Source of the DNA: a virus
DNA length: 64,000 nucleotides
Reading direction: 5' to 3' (one strand)
Virus record (IMG/VR): IMGVR_UViG_3300042562_001017
Span: 17,086 to 81,085 of that record
This document shows, piece by piece, positions 50,001 to 58,838 of this stretch. Position numbers and translations under genes: made by a program. Position 1 is the first letter of the stretch. Each line of letters begins with the position of its first letter. Under the pieces are notes generated by a model, which saw only the letters and a program-made list of their open reading frames with translations, had not been told where the DNA came from and searched no databases.

Positions 50001-50789
50001 GATAATACTTCTAAATCAATAATGTTAAATTTAATGTACGATTCTTATGTTCAAAATCCTCAAGCTGCTCAAAAGTTATTAGCTACTGGAAATGCTATTA
50101 TAACTCATAAAGTTAGAGAAATTGAACAAGATAATGGTAGATTTTCAGAAGTTGTTATGACTGTAAGAGATATGTTAAGAGAAGAAATAAATGAAATGCA
50201 ATCTTTAATAACTTTTGAAGAAGAACCTTCATCTGGTTATAGAGAAAGAACAATTAAAAACGCATCTGCTGACGCTACTATTGCAATAGCAGTAGATTTT
50301 AATTCTGCTGGAGAATTACTTACTAAAAAATCTGTATTAGGTCAAAATAAAAAATATATTTCAATTGATGCTAACACTTTAACAGTTACTCAAGAAAGAG
50401 TAGATAAAATAGTAGAACAGTTAAATTCAGTTAATGCTAAAACATTAAACATTGCAGGTAATGGTATTTATACTATGAAAGGTAAATATACTCAACAACA
50501 AGTTGATGATTTTACTTATGATTTATTAAATAAAGTTGTAAACTCACCTAATCTTAAAACTAAAATAGAAAGTATTAGAAGTGGTGGACAAACAGGATTT
50601 GATGAAGCAGGTGCTAAAGCTGGAATTAAATTAGGATTGCCTACATTAGTTCTTGCTCCTAAAGGTTGGAAATTTAGAAATGAACTTGGTGTAGATATAT
50701 CTAATGAACAACAATTTAAAGATAGATTTACTCAAAGCGATGATAATCTTCCAGACGTAGGACAAAATGATTTAAAATGTTATAAATAA
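44067..50789 (+). CDS. virion-packaged two-barrel RNA polymerase with C-terminal NADAR and SLOG-like domains
   Basis: Catalytic GSDFDVDK (47499-47513), YRIPTQ and DDAQG motifs; about 2240 aa, as for crAss-like vRNAPs. Confidence 0.92.
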   Translation: MSKSCIDPNLPQVRQFVKKMQPTFSSFLNDTQIVGLLNNWLDDNQTSSFPTAEELIAFYYKKTESVPDIENILDILQSLYFEWIMDFSESPVITRKIINEYSADVLETLPQFLRDEGMNHIADNFKEYIQLLNATRFQHLSVPIDDSFDEDSNSKDKIGEFSSNMVDLMARGSDEVQYLFASLKSDEMTYGLARPINSNYVWGVVSNLLANSVSYPEGIQILQANSYKYPFINQILDRLGVNGNDIAYSSLQDSFAESFNKANYDITVAQVGEKQSYSEVDMKTKNSLINQFKSNFRTSKYAKKLSGKTVVNYEAIKDMLVDKPTSEQSLALLNAMGIPLTELPSYLELPASYIMAFVKKHPNIEWLDEGFGRDTERGNLDKILSYLVSKEKEVIRTSVRNAEGETINTNSNHNYFSRLFNGLKSLTKRNLFENMLVSALKPNISSGLKERNGSESKNFNKLTLGEIYLTKINNMFSSEPSINIPVTSDKTLVRSLKFTKPLSGNQEEYYNGYMAYTAIGPKLYTRLFEAYQRDTVSNFHPDWKYGAENPIDFWHGRGEVEGVLGIVTKPLNKEEFKTAFQKWLAFQQGELKKSLVSSGAIVMENGNPIPKFVMPKISEPNFITKLNTTLDLINFNEFLFGVEITQEMYGSMVAVKPDNFFKRNAGGVAEGRQVRVDAARDTIVQNDRSNLPIPMNYPINKIKVMIHAETMASSNDEDLKKFHPGYRDDAINVDDAQGTMPLEIYREVLSRASQWSDAQEQAFQKLIKGQKLGKEYKGIFPPIKPVGYSLVTVKGKNGIEYKVPVYIKTSVYPIFQSDVVGTLNEDKYNLMREKGIGLVIPKSGIKMANPKELRDLFKDGTIDFNESAIVDFPMEDFRIQLDINQKTSSRQLQGTQQRKLVYMDLFENGEATDPQYKQWLDENIETLKEISKIEEDKLNDKAGIVNGEITNYKKLVDMLNQELLSRNLPVNIIEAIKTIIDEGGNLLHPIDGMPSRQKLMNLLNSIVTNKLIKLYTHGSALVQVSQHGWELKPGSTVDTKTSIDFVSDTHKQDYIDNNGLKFLSLGKNTGAAQIILPAKYKEFVRKGEDGKYIIDDKRCLINIGYRIPTQGHNSMLHLEVVGFLPEHFDQMIIMPREITTQGGSDFDVDKMNLFIPNVREVDGKLVFVDESIDGDALWKAGYKSGDEAGDKLLTAIFNDVTSIEEEPEEIASKEDFLQKLRLEVLQNKLITQSLRILEDPKVREQLLTPNSADTLKAEANELTKELTKRKLPTIKIVPTWKNMLSSRTLSEIANQMSAAKALVGIFAQQVTNHVLAQQVGLHFKSGRPLFFEHNTVNINGKEEISLSGVKSKDGSYVISNMLGNEYLTAAVDAAKEDYLSELGVTLATGDVTAAFTRVGGNNKYLRYWIKNPIVQEYLKEVELNKSLIVKGKEAKSKKNILQNITKKYKTRLEYFVDKYDNNSEEAAKMLASRSKRTISIDNVKALALRDKTNDEMSIDLLNDFLYFEDMANVIRQNIANTSFDVKGPGKDIVETKLQQLSYENFIKGMANNKGYTLATIVNNEQAPYENLIRNTVLDVFYQKSFTFVQSIYKDLVLLQKNDFITSIVDNLIVPSEYVTKKATPEEATLIYGSIINYIIQQNNPIKNSLFYGDNTLAKRIQKIQTDPTNVLYNNYIVQSIQAEESGKTDVPSLIGFKDKNINSLEANFITKSFGEIKEMNKELYDDMILASLYQSGVVQSPLSYYSLIPYNDILPIINKALSQQSEIIGNPKQVNNAITEVLSNIGDKLDNIQKVFLKSSDISGDLNGTVTIVSEKSREKEFIRLSVTMPDGTSKVGLYEKYYGDKYKFVPSKNYRTLFYNLSSEQEIENEEEDFIENVDEFEDMSIREEINIYAGTGENAELSNFAIRPFTTNVETSSGNKQYTFQSVEQGFHFYKAVMANNPQIAAQILKTTNGGTLRNLTNRNNLKLTPEQVIEWDNTSKSIMLNLMYDSYVQNPQAAQKLLATGNAIITHKVREIEQDNGRFSEVVMTVRDMLREEINEMQSLITFEEEPSSGYRERTIKNASADATIAIAVDFNSAGELLTKKSVLGQNKKYISIDANTLTVTQERVDKIVEQLNSVNAKTLNIAGNGIYTMKGKYTQQQVDDFTYDLLNKVVNSPNLKTKIESIRSGGQTGFDEAGAKAGIKLGLPTLVLAPKGWKFRNELGVDISNEQQFKDRFTQSDDNLPDVGQNDLKCYK

Positions 50790-50796
50790 AATTAAA

Positions 50797-53700
50797 ATGA
50801 CACAACCAAATTGTAGATTACAAATAAAAAGAAATGTAGCTCAAAAAGTTATAGAAAAAGCTACTAATGATTATAACAATCAAGTTATTACTAAAATTAA
50901 TTCTTATACTATAGGAGTTAATTTTAGTCCTAGATTTGAAAAATCTAAAGACCGTAAACAAGCTGAAGCTATTGCTAATAGAATTGCAGATGAAGCTAAT
51001 GCTACATTTCAATCTAAAAGTTATGGTAAAGTTGCTACAGTTAATTATGAAAAATTAAATGTACATGTAGAGCTAAAACCTTCTGAAAGATTATTAACTG
51101 CTTATGAGCAAAAAGCTTTAAAAGCTAATAACAAATTACCTAATTTAGGTCAATTAGTTATGTTTAATTCAGTACAAGGTGATACTGCTTCTAATCAAGC
51201 TGTTACTAAAATACTTGATACATTTAAAGAAAGATTTAAAATTGATTATGAAATAATTAGTCCTGAACAAGCTCAAGAAGTATTAAAAGATACTGAAGAA
51301 AAATATACTAATGAAACTGGATTTTATTTTGACAATAAAGTATATATTGTTGATTACGGTAACGGATTAGATTGGGATTCAGCTATTCATGAATATGGTC
51401 ATCCTTTTATGAGAGCTTTAAATAAATATAATCCTAATTTATTTACTTCTATTGTTCAACAAATAGCTAATACTCCTGAAGGAGAACAATTACGTGATGA
51501 AATTATTGCAGCAGGATATCCTGAAAATCAAATAGCTGAAGAATTAGCTGTTAGAGCATTAACTAAATTAGCTAAAAAGAATATTAATCCTGAAACAGGA
51601 AGTTTATTTGAAAAAGCAGTCGATAAGTTATTAAAGTTTTTAACTTCAATGATGAGAGATTTGTTTGGTAAAAAAGATTTAAAATTATCTACTTTATCTC
51701 CAAATACTACTATTGAAGAGTTAGCTGATATATTTAGTTTAAAACAAGGATTTATTGAAACTAAATCTATTGAGGTTAAACCAGGAGTACAAGAACTATT
51801 TGATTCTAATCCTGAATTAGCTAATCAGGTATATGAAGCTTTAGGGTTTAAAGTAAGTAATTCTTCTATTGCTTTAAATAAAATTAACAATACTGAAATA
51901 GGAAAAAATGTTACTTTATTTATAAACAATATGCCTGTTGAATATAAAAGGGTTAGTGAAAATTATTTTGAAGGCAAACAAATAACTAAAAAACAAGAAA
52001 CTGATTTTATAAATAGTTCAGAATCTGTTACTACTTCTATTGAAAAGTTTATAGAAAAAGAAGGTACTACAATTAGATATAGTTTAGATGAGTTAATTAA
52101 TTTTTATTTAGAAAAATTACCTAAATTTCAAGCAACATCACAACAAAAACAACAAGCTTTAGAAGCATATTCTCAATATTTAGATACTGTATTTCCTGAT
52201 AGTCAAGTAAAAGATATTGTTTATCATGGAACACCTGATGGCAGATTTGATAATTTTGACATTAATCAAGTTGGAAAAAACACAAAGCAATCTACTAAAG
52301 GTATTTATTTTACTGACAGTAAAAAAACTGCAGATTTTTATGCAGAAGGTTCTATAGATTTTAGTCAATTTGAATCTTTAGAAGAATACAATGCAGTTAA
52401 AACAGCAAAAGTTTTTTCTGCAATTTTAAATGCTAAAAATTTAAAATTAGTTAACAATCCTCAAGCTCAAGATAGACAGGGAGATGCAGTACTTAGAACT
52501 AAAGAAAAATTATCTGACAAAGGATTTGTTGGAGAATTAGATTATGCTTATCAATATATTGTATTTGAACCAGAACAAATTCATATATTAGGTTCTAAAC
52601 AAGATATAGAAGGATTTAAAAAGTTTACTCGTAATCAAAATAAACCATCTTTTAATAGAAAAGTTTCTCAACAAAACGTATCTACTACTTTAGATACTTT
52701 ACAAAGTAAAGTAAATGAAAAAGATGGAATGTTATCAGTTGACGGATTTGATAATATTTGGAAAAGAATATTTAAAACAGTTAAAGGAAAATATTCAGCT
52801 GCTAAAACTGAAAAGCAATTAGATGCTGAAAAAGTTCGTAATGAAGCAGATATAGTTATTCAAAATATCCAATCTGATATTATTAAAAAAGCTTTTCCTC
52901 TTGAAAATACTTATGTTGCTGATTATGTAGAGACTCCTGGAACTAAAGGAATGTATGATTTATTGTCTAAACAACTAGCTCCAATTATAGAAAAAGCTAA
53001 ACAAAGAGGTTCTGTAATGAAAGCTGAAATCTTTGTAGGTAATTCTGTTAGTTCTAAAGGAGATATAGTAAGTATATTAGAAATAGACCCTGAAGGTAAT
53101 TATTATATTTATGATTTAGGTACTAGATATAGTAATGTTTCAGCTAAAAATAAATATAAAAGTTTAAGTGAATGGACTAGTCAAATTAACCAAGTTAAAA
53201 CTATTCTTGAAACTGGAGATAGTGTTTTAGGTTTAAAAGCAGGTAAAGTTGAAGGTGCATATTTATTAGAATTAGAAATTGATTATAAAACAAAAGGATT
53301 AAATATTAAATCTAAAGCTACCTATAATGGTACAAATCAAAATGCAATTAATAAGTTTTTAAAAAATAGAGAGATTAAAGCTATGAATATAGTAGCTCCT
53401 AAATTTTTAAGAACTAAATCTGAAAAGATTAATGATTTTATTGATAGATTGTATTTGCAAATTGACGCTTTAACACAAAAAACTCCTAATACAGATATAG
53501 CTAAAGCTGCTAACAATGCTTTAATAGAATCTAAATTAAAATTAGCTCAAGAATTACAAATTGAAGCTAATACTAAAAATTTAATTAATCACGTTCAAAC
53601 TGAATTAGAAGAAATACAAAATATTTTATCTGAAGCTGATACTGCTGGATTACCTGATAGTAGTGATTTGTTATCGCAATTAGATGTATATAGTAAAATA

Positions 53701-56187
53701 CCTAATTTTATAGACAAACCTACTCCTGAACAACGTAAAGAAATGTTATATGTTCAAGGATTATCTGTTCAATTAAAAAATGAAATTTTAGAATATGAAC
53801 GTAAACTAATACAAAATGCAGCAGAAAAAACTGGAATTACTAGTTTTGTATCTGATATTTTTGCAGCAGTTAAAGATATAGGTTGGTTTAGAAAAGCAAC
53901 TATGGGTATATCTAAAATAGATAATCCTTTAGTAGCTACAGCTTTTAGATTATATACTGATGCAATGGGTAAAGCTAGAACTTCTGTTCAAACATTAGCT
54001 GATAAAATACTAGAAGCTTCTAAAGAATATAAAAGATTTACTGGAACAGATGATTATAAATTAATTATTGAAGGTAATAGTTTAGTTGGTGAATACACTC
54101 CTGATTTCTGGAAAGAATTTAGTAAAGCTAAAGACAATAATAATTGGGAATGGTTAAGTGAAAATGTAGTTTATAATAAAGAAAGATATTTAGCTAAAAG
54201 AGAAAATATGTTAAATTTCTTAGATTCTCAAAGAAATAAAAACATTAACGCTTTAAAAATAGCTAACCCTTCAATTTCAGAACAAGAATTAACTAAAGAA
54301 TTAGTTGAATTAGAAAAAACTGAAATGCGTAAATGGGATAATGCTAATAAGAATAATCTTTCTATTCATTTTACTCCTAAGTCTAAACATATTAATCCTA
54401 AATGGAAAGAAATTAAAGAAGGTAAATATAAAGGAACTCCTGTTGAAGCATTTTACGATTTATATCGTTCTGTATTAGAAGGAGCAAATGAATTATTTCC
54501 TGAACATATTAAATCTAATTTTATACCTAGTTTTAATCAAGAATTTATTGAAAAAACTGCTAATTTAGGTTTAGCTGGAGCAATTAGAGCATCAGCTTCA
54601 GGAATTTTAGATGATTTATCTACAAATTACGATGAAAACTTATATGGAGAAATAGATTCTGCTACTGGTATGCCTATAGATAAATTATTTATTCCAGGTT
54701 TAAATAATAAAGAAAATAAATCAATGGATTTAGGTGTAGTTTTATTTAGATTTATGGAAGGAGTTTATAGATATAAAGAACTTTCTGAAGTAGAACAAAC
54801 TATACTAGCTGTACAAAGACAGTTACGTAATGGTAAAACTAAAGTAGTTGATAGTTTAGGTAGAGAATTACCTGAAGGTAAAGTTGCTGATAGAAATGTT
54901 ACTAACAATCGTACTGCTGATGCTTTTGATGATTGGGTTAAATCTTCAATTTACAATCAAAAAAGAGTCGACGAGGGTTCTTTTGAAATTACTGATAAAA
55001 GTGCTGGTGGATTTTTAAAACTAATGGGTCTTATTAAAGAAGGTGATACTAAAAAGATTTCTTATGCTAGAATAGCTGATAAATTAATTAGATATACTTC
55101 TTTACATAACTTAGCTTTTAATATGTATTCTCCATTAGTCAATTTATTTGGTGGAGCTTCTAACATGTATATGTCTGGTGCTGGAGGATTAGATTACAGT
55201 AATGAAAATTTAACTAAAGCTTTTAGTTATGTAATGCAAGGTAAAACTGGAATATCATCAGAAGATGCTCAAAAAGCAAAGTTAATATATGAATATTTTG
55301 CTATTGAACAATCAGATGTTAACAGAGATATAGCTAATGAATTATCTAACAGATATTTAACTAAACTTACTGATAAGTATAATGGTATGACATTGCAAAG
55401 AGAATCTGAAAATGTTTTACAAAGAGCAGGTTTAATCGCTATGATATTATCAAACAAACATTCTATGAAATGGAATGATTTTAGTGTAGTTGATGGTAAA
55501 TTAGTTGTAGAAGATAACAATATGACTAAAGAAACATTTAGACAAAAAGTTATAACAGTTAATAGTAAAAATATAGGTGGTGTAAATCCTGATGATTTAG
55601 CTTCAGCTAAAAGATATATTGCTGGTAGAATGATTATGCAACATAGAAGTTGGCTACCTGCAATGGCTATTGAAAGATTTGGACAAAAACAATTTGATTA
55701 TGTATTAGAAAGAGATGTTGAAGGAAGATATAGAACAGCAGTTAGATTATATAAAGCATTGTTTAGCAAATCTTTATTAGAGAAATTAACTCCAATGGAA
55801 CAAGCTAATCTTAAAGCTACTAGAATGGAAGCTATGTTATTATTGGGAACTGCTTTGTTAGTAATTGCTTTAAAAGGAGTTGATGATGATGAAAAAGAAA
55901 AATCTTGGTATAAGATATCAAATAAAATTTCGACAAGGGCTTTAGGTGAATTAGGGTTTTTTGTTGACCCAACTTTACAATCTCAATATCAGATTTTATT
56001 ATCTCCAGCAGCATCAACAGGTGTTTTAGAAGATGTTGGAGGATTAGGCAAGTCTATATGGAAAGAAGCTTTTGGAGATGAAGAAGAAAAAAAGAGAGCT
56101 AAACCTTTGAAAAAAACTGTTAAGTTATTTCCTTTAGCTAACAAAGGATATTCGTTTTTAGAAGATTTAAATGTAATAGAAGATTAA
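50797..56187 (+). CDS. large polyvalent ejection protein (zincin, ADP-ribosyltransferase-like, degenerate PD-(D/E)xK)
   Basis: HEYGH at 51388-51402; VYHGT...GIYFTDS...YIVFEPEQIH; helical C-terminal region. Confidence 0.8.
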   Translation: MTQPNCRLQIKRNVAQKVIEKATNDYNNQVITKINSYTIGVNFSPRFEKSKDRKQAEAIANRIADEANATFQSKSYGKVATVNYEKLNVHVELKPSERLLTAYEQKALKANNKLPNLGQLVMFNSVQGDTASNQAVTKILDTFKERFKIDYEIISPEQAQEVLKDTEEKYTNETGFYFDNKVYIVDYGNGLDWDSAIHEYGHPFMRALNKYNPNLFTSIVQQIANTPEGEQLRDEIIAAGYPENQIAEELAVRALTKLAKKNINPETGSLFEKAVDKLLKFLTSMMRDLFGKKDLKLSTLSPNTTIEELADIFSLKQGFIETKSIEVKPGVQELFDSNPELANQVYEALGFKVSNSSIALNKINNTEIGKNVTLFINNMPVEYKRVSENYFEGKQITKKQETDFINSSESVTTSIEKFIEKEGTTIRYSLDELINFYLEKLPKFQATSQQKQQALEAYSQYLDTVFPDSQVKDIVYHGTPDGRFDNFDINQVGKNTKQSTKGIYFTDSKKTADFYAEGSIDFSQFESLEEYNAVKTAKVFSAILNAKNLKLVNNPQAQDRQGDAVLRTKEKLSDKGFVGELDYAYQYIVFEPEQIHILGSKQDIEGFKKFTRNQNKPSFNRKVSQQNVSTTLDTLQSKVNEKDGMLSVDGFDNIWKRIFKTVKGKYSAAKTEKQLDAEKVRNEADIVIQNIQSDIIKKAFPLENTYVADYVETPGTKGMYDLLSKQLAPIIEKAKQRGSVMKAEIFVGNSVSSKGDIVSILEIDPEGNYYIYDLGTRYSNVSAKNKYKSLSEWTSQINQVKTILETGDSVLGLKAGKVEGAYLLELEIDYKTKGLNIKSKATYNGTNQNAINKFLKNREIKAMNIVAPKFLRTKSEKINDFIDRLYLQIDALTQKTPNTDIAKAANNALIESKLKLAQELQIEANTKNLINHVQTELEEIQNILSEADTAGLPDSSDLLSQLDVYSKIPNFIDKPTPEQRKEMLYVQGLSVQLKNEILEYERKLIQNAAEKTGITSFVSDIFAAVKDIGWFRKATMGISKIDNPLVATAFRLYTDAMGKARTSVQTLADKILEASKEYKRFTGTDDYKLIIEGNSLVGEYTPDFWKEFSKAKDNNNWEWLSENVVYNKERYLAKRENMLNFLDSQRNKNINALKIANPSISEQELTKELVELEKTEMRKWDNANKNNLSIHFTPKSKHINPKWKEIKEGKYKGTPVEAFYDLYRSVLEGANELFPEHIKSNFIPSFNQEFIEKTANLGLAGAIRASASGILDDLSTNYDENLYGEIDSATGMPIDKLFIPGLNNKENKSMDLGVVLFRFMEGVYRYKELSEVEQTILAVQRQLRNGKTKVVDSLGRELPEGKVADRNVTNNRTADAFDDWVKSSIYNQKRVDEGSFEITDKSAGGFLKLMGLIKEGDTKKISYARIADKLIRYTSLHNLAFNMYSPLVNLFGGASNMYMSGAGGLDYSNENLTKAFSYVMQGKTGISSEDAQKAKLIYEYFAIEQSDVNRDIANELSNRYLTKLTDKYNGMTLQRESENVLQRAGLIAMILSNKHSMKWNDFSVVDGKLVVEDNNMTKETFRQKVITVNSKNIGGVNPDDLASAKRYIAGRMIMQHRSWLPAMAIERFGQKQFDYVLERDVEGRYRTAVRLYKALFSKSLLEKLTPMEQANLKATRMEAMLLLGTALLVIALKGVDDDEKEKSWYKISNKISTRALGELGFFVDPTLQSQYQILLSPAASTGVLEDVGGLGKSIWKEAFGDEEEKKRAKPLKKTVKLFPLANKGYSFLEDLNVIED

Positions 56188-56188
56188 A

Positions 56189-56214
56189 AAAAGAGTAGGG
56201 AAACCTACTCTTTT
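56189..56214. terminator. bidirectional terminator at the convergence of the two gene blocks
   Basis: AAAAGAGTAGG-GAAA-CCTACTCTTTT. Confidence 0.88.
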
Positions 56215-56404
56215 AATTATTATTTAATAAAACATGAAGAAACTTTTGTTTAAAAGCTTCTTTTATTTCATTGTTAGTGTAACCTACTACTCTCATTCCA
56301 GTTATTAGAGAGTCTAATACTTCGTGTACATCATCTTTTTCTAATGTATGAGTATATTCTGATGCATCTGTAAAAAATTTTATTTTTATTAACTTGCTAT
56401 CCAT
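56213..56404 (-). CDS. hypothetical protein
   Basis: 63 aa; loosely resembles 60868-61047. Confidence 0.6.
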   Translation of the reverse strand: MDSKLIKIKFFTDASEYTHTLEKDDVHEVLDSLITGMRVVGYTNNEIKEAFKQKFLHVLLNNN

Positions 56405-56601
56405 AGTGTGTATATTATATAAGAAATTATTGCAAAAATACTTATTACAGATAGTATGAAAAATAATATTTCTATCATTAAAAATATATAATCAATAAAA
56501 TCAATACTATTAGTAATAGTAGGTATCATTTTATAAGAACTTACAGCGAATTTAAAAAATAGCAAACATAGTAAGATTGCTAATATTATATCTATTACCA
56601 T
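56389..56601 (-). CDS. small two-TM membrane protein
   Basis: 70 aa, hydrophobic. Confidence 0.6.
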   Translation of the reverse strand: MVIDIILAILLCLLFFKFAVSSYKMIPTITNSIDFIDYIFLMIEILFFILSVISIFAIISYIIYTLWIAS

Positions 56602-57245
56602 ATTATTTCAATTAAAGGTCCGTAATGTTTTTTTAAAAACTTATTACATTCTGCAAAACAATCATCAGCATTCCAAGAAGATGCAGAAGGATGACGAATT
56701 TGTTGTACACTAATGTAATCATTTTTAATAAGTTGTGTATATTCTTTAGCTAAATCTCCCATTGATATTATATAAATAGGCCATTCTAAAGTATTAAGTA
56801 AGTTTACAAATTCATAATTAAATTGTTTCCAAAGTTCATCATGATGAAATTCAGATACAGTTAAATTAGAATTGTAAAGTAAAACTCCTTGTGTAGATAA
56901 ATACGATAAATCATTGTCATAGTTTAATTTTAAACCATCGTATATTTGATTTTCTATTTCCGAATGTATCTTACTTAAAATATAAGGAGTTATAGAAGAG
57001 TTTGCTGAAAAAGCTAATCCATCAGAAATGTTACTAGTGTATGGTTCATCACTCCATACAATAACAACAGTTTTGTTTATATCAGTTTCTTTAAAACATC
57101 TAAAAACATTTTGTCTTTCAGGATAAACTTTTTGAACTTTTCTAAGTTTAGCTAAAGTACTTCCTAATTCAGCAAACATGGTTGATGAGGTTATAGATGA
57201 GAATTTCTCATTCCATGTATTAAACAAAGTTTTATATATTTCCAT
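56595..57245 (-). CDS. ung: uracil-DNA glycosylase family 1-like, divergent active site
   Basis: VYPERQNVF, SDEPY (for GQDPY), GLAFS, QGVLLYN, HPS. Confidence 0.8.
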   Translation of the reverse strand: MEIYKTLFNTWNEKFSSITSSTMFAELGSTLAKLRKVQKVYPERQNVFRCFKETDINKTVVIVWSDEPYTSNISDGLAFSANSSITPYILSKIHSEIENQIYDGLKLNYDNDLSYLSTQGVLLYNSNLTVSEFHHDELWKQFNYEFVNLLNTLEWPIYIISMGDLAKEYTQLIKNDYISVQQIRHPSASSWNADDCFAECNKFLKKHYGPLIEIIW

Positions 57246-57433
57246 TAAAGTATATTAGCTTTACCGTTTATAGATTCTCTAATATACTTAACAGTAATGC
57301 TAAAGTCTTTATACTTTTTTTGTATAAGATTTAATATATAATCTTTATTATTTGAGTCTGAAGATACTGTTTCAAATTTAGGTTGAGTATTTCCATTTTT
57401 TTCTATTGTAAATGCACAATTATATCTCATTTT
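57245..57433 (-). CDS. hypothetical protein
   Basis: Track ORF 57245-57487; the internal start near KMRYNCAF is more plausible. Confidence 0.45.
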   Translation of the reverse strand, partial: KMRYNCAFTIEKNGNTQPKFETVSSDSNNKDYILNLIQKKYKDFSITVKYIRESINGKANIL

Positions 57434-57680
57434 CTTTAACTTTAAATCCCCACATAAGGTTAATCCACATAAATTGTTTTTCAGCAAAAGTTTTATTAAA
57501 CTTAAGTTTTTTTCTTAATAACTCTATACTAAAGTTTTTCCATTCTTTAAATTGTTCTTCAGTAAAAGAATTTTCTTCATACCATTTTTCATTATCTTTA
57601 ACATCATCTACAGTTTTGTCAAAGTAAGATAATTGTTTATTAAGTATTTCTAATACTACTTCATCTTTTTTAGAGGTCAT
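57420..57680 (-). CDS. hypothetical phage protein
   Basis: 86 aa, coupled to its neighbours. Confidence 0.65.
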   Translation of the reverse strand: MTSKKDEVVLEILNKQLSYFDKTVDDVKDNEKWYEENSFTEEQFKEWKNFSIELLRKKLKFNKTFAEKQFMWINLMWGFKVKENEI

Positions 57681-58077
57681 CTATTTTAATATTATTTTGT
57701 TTACGATACTCTATTTCATTTTTATAGATAGGTAAGTATGGATTATCAGGTTCACAATAAGTAAGTAAAGCATTTAAATGTCCATCTGTCATATTTTTTA
57801 ATAAAGTGACTGTAAACTTACCATAATCTTTAGTACCAGGTTTACCGTAACCAAATCTTTTTACATATTCTCTTATTGCCCAATGAGGGTCAGTAGAATA
57901 CGTATCTAATTCAACATAATCTATTCCATCTCTATGTGCTCTATGAATATAATCTAAACCTCCATCAGTTGTACAACCACCACAACTGCATAATTTGCAA
58001 TCATGGCGGTATTTACTTTCTATTACATCATTGCAATTTAAACATTGCATTGCATTTCTAACTAAAAAACGTTCCAT
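57670..58077 (-). CDS. zinc-ribbon phage protein
   Basis: NAMQCLNCNDVIES..RHD...CSCG....DGG. Confidence 0.7.
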   Translation of the reverse strand: MERFLVRNAMQCLNCNDVIESKYRHDCKLCSCGGCTTDGGLDYIHRAHRDGIDYVELDTYSTDPHWAIREYVKRFGYGKPGTKDYGKFTVTLLKNMTDGHLNALLTYCEPDNPYLPIYKNEIEYRKQNNIKIDDL

Positions 58078-58838
58078 TCTTTTACTACATTATTATCAAC
58101 AATTATATTATCTATAACTTTTAACGATTTAAAATTCTTATAAAATTCATCAATAGCTAAAGTTACATCTTTATAATGGTCAATATACTCAATTAAAATA
58201 ACATTAGCTGTATGGTCTTTAAATATATCTATGCCTTTTAAAACATTTTCTGCATATTTTGCACCTTTCTTAGCTAAACCCTTAATATTATTATGATTTC
58301 CTGTAATCATTTGACTCCAAAAAGCATATCTTTCTTGGTCTTCTGTTACAGTTACCCACTCATTTTTTCTCCAGTTGTAATGAGTACCTGTTGTTGCAAG
58401 AATATCTGAATCAATAGCTACAATATGAGAATTAGGAATACATTTATAAGCTGAAACAACATAATCGTCAACTTCAAAATCATTAGCTAAAAATATATTA
58501 TAGTTGTTTACCAAATAAGATTTAACAAAATTCCACCACTTAGGTTGTTCTAATTTTCTATCTTGTTTGTAAGTTGGATTAAAACTTAATTTATGAGATA
58601 TAGTGTTAACTCCTTTAATATAACCAACATAATGAGTAAAACCTCCTTTGTTTAAAATATCTCCTATAACATAATTACAAGATTCTATTAATTGTTCTTC
58701 GGTTTTCTCATTGTAAACTAATCTTCCTAATTCATCTCTTTGATATACAGGTTGTCCATCAACTTCATCAATTTGTATTTTGTTACCATGACCAATTGTA
58801 TAAGCAATTGAATCACAATCAAGAATAGCTATTTTCAT
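58062..58838 (-). CDS. 5'-3' exonuclease (T7 gp6/FEN-like)
   Basis: ILDCDSIAY, YKQDRK, FEVDD, IDSD and IKGL..KG motifs. Confidence 0.85.
   Translation of the reverse strand: MKIAILDCDSIAYTIGHGNKIQIDEVDGQPVYQRDELGRLVYNEKTEEQLIESCNYVIGDILNKGGFTHYVGYIKGVNTISHKLSFNPTYKQDRKLEQPKWWNFVKSYLVNNYNIFLANDFEVDDYVVSAYKCIPNSHIVAIDSDILATTGTHYNWRKNEWVTVTEDQERYAFWSQMITGNHNNIKGLAKKGAKYAENVLKGIDIFKDHTANVILIEYIDHYKDVTLAIDEFYKNFKSLKVIDNIIVDNNVVKEWNVF

Noticed and set aside
8107-56187. Stop-codon reassignment (TAG or TGA), known in some crAss-like phages
   Set aside because: Long genes are intact in code 11; TAG ends portal and MCP, and TGA ends several coupled genes; no suppressor tRNA seen.
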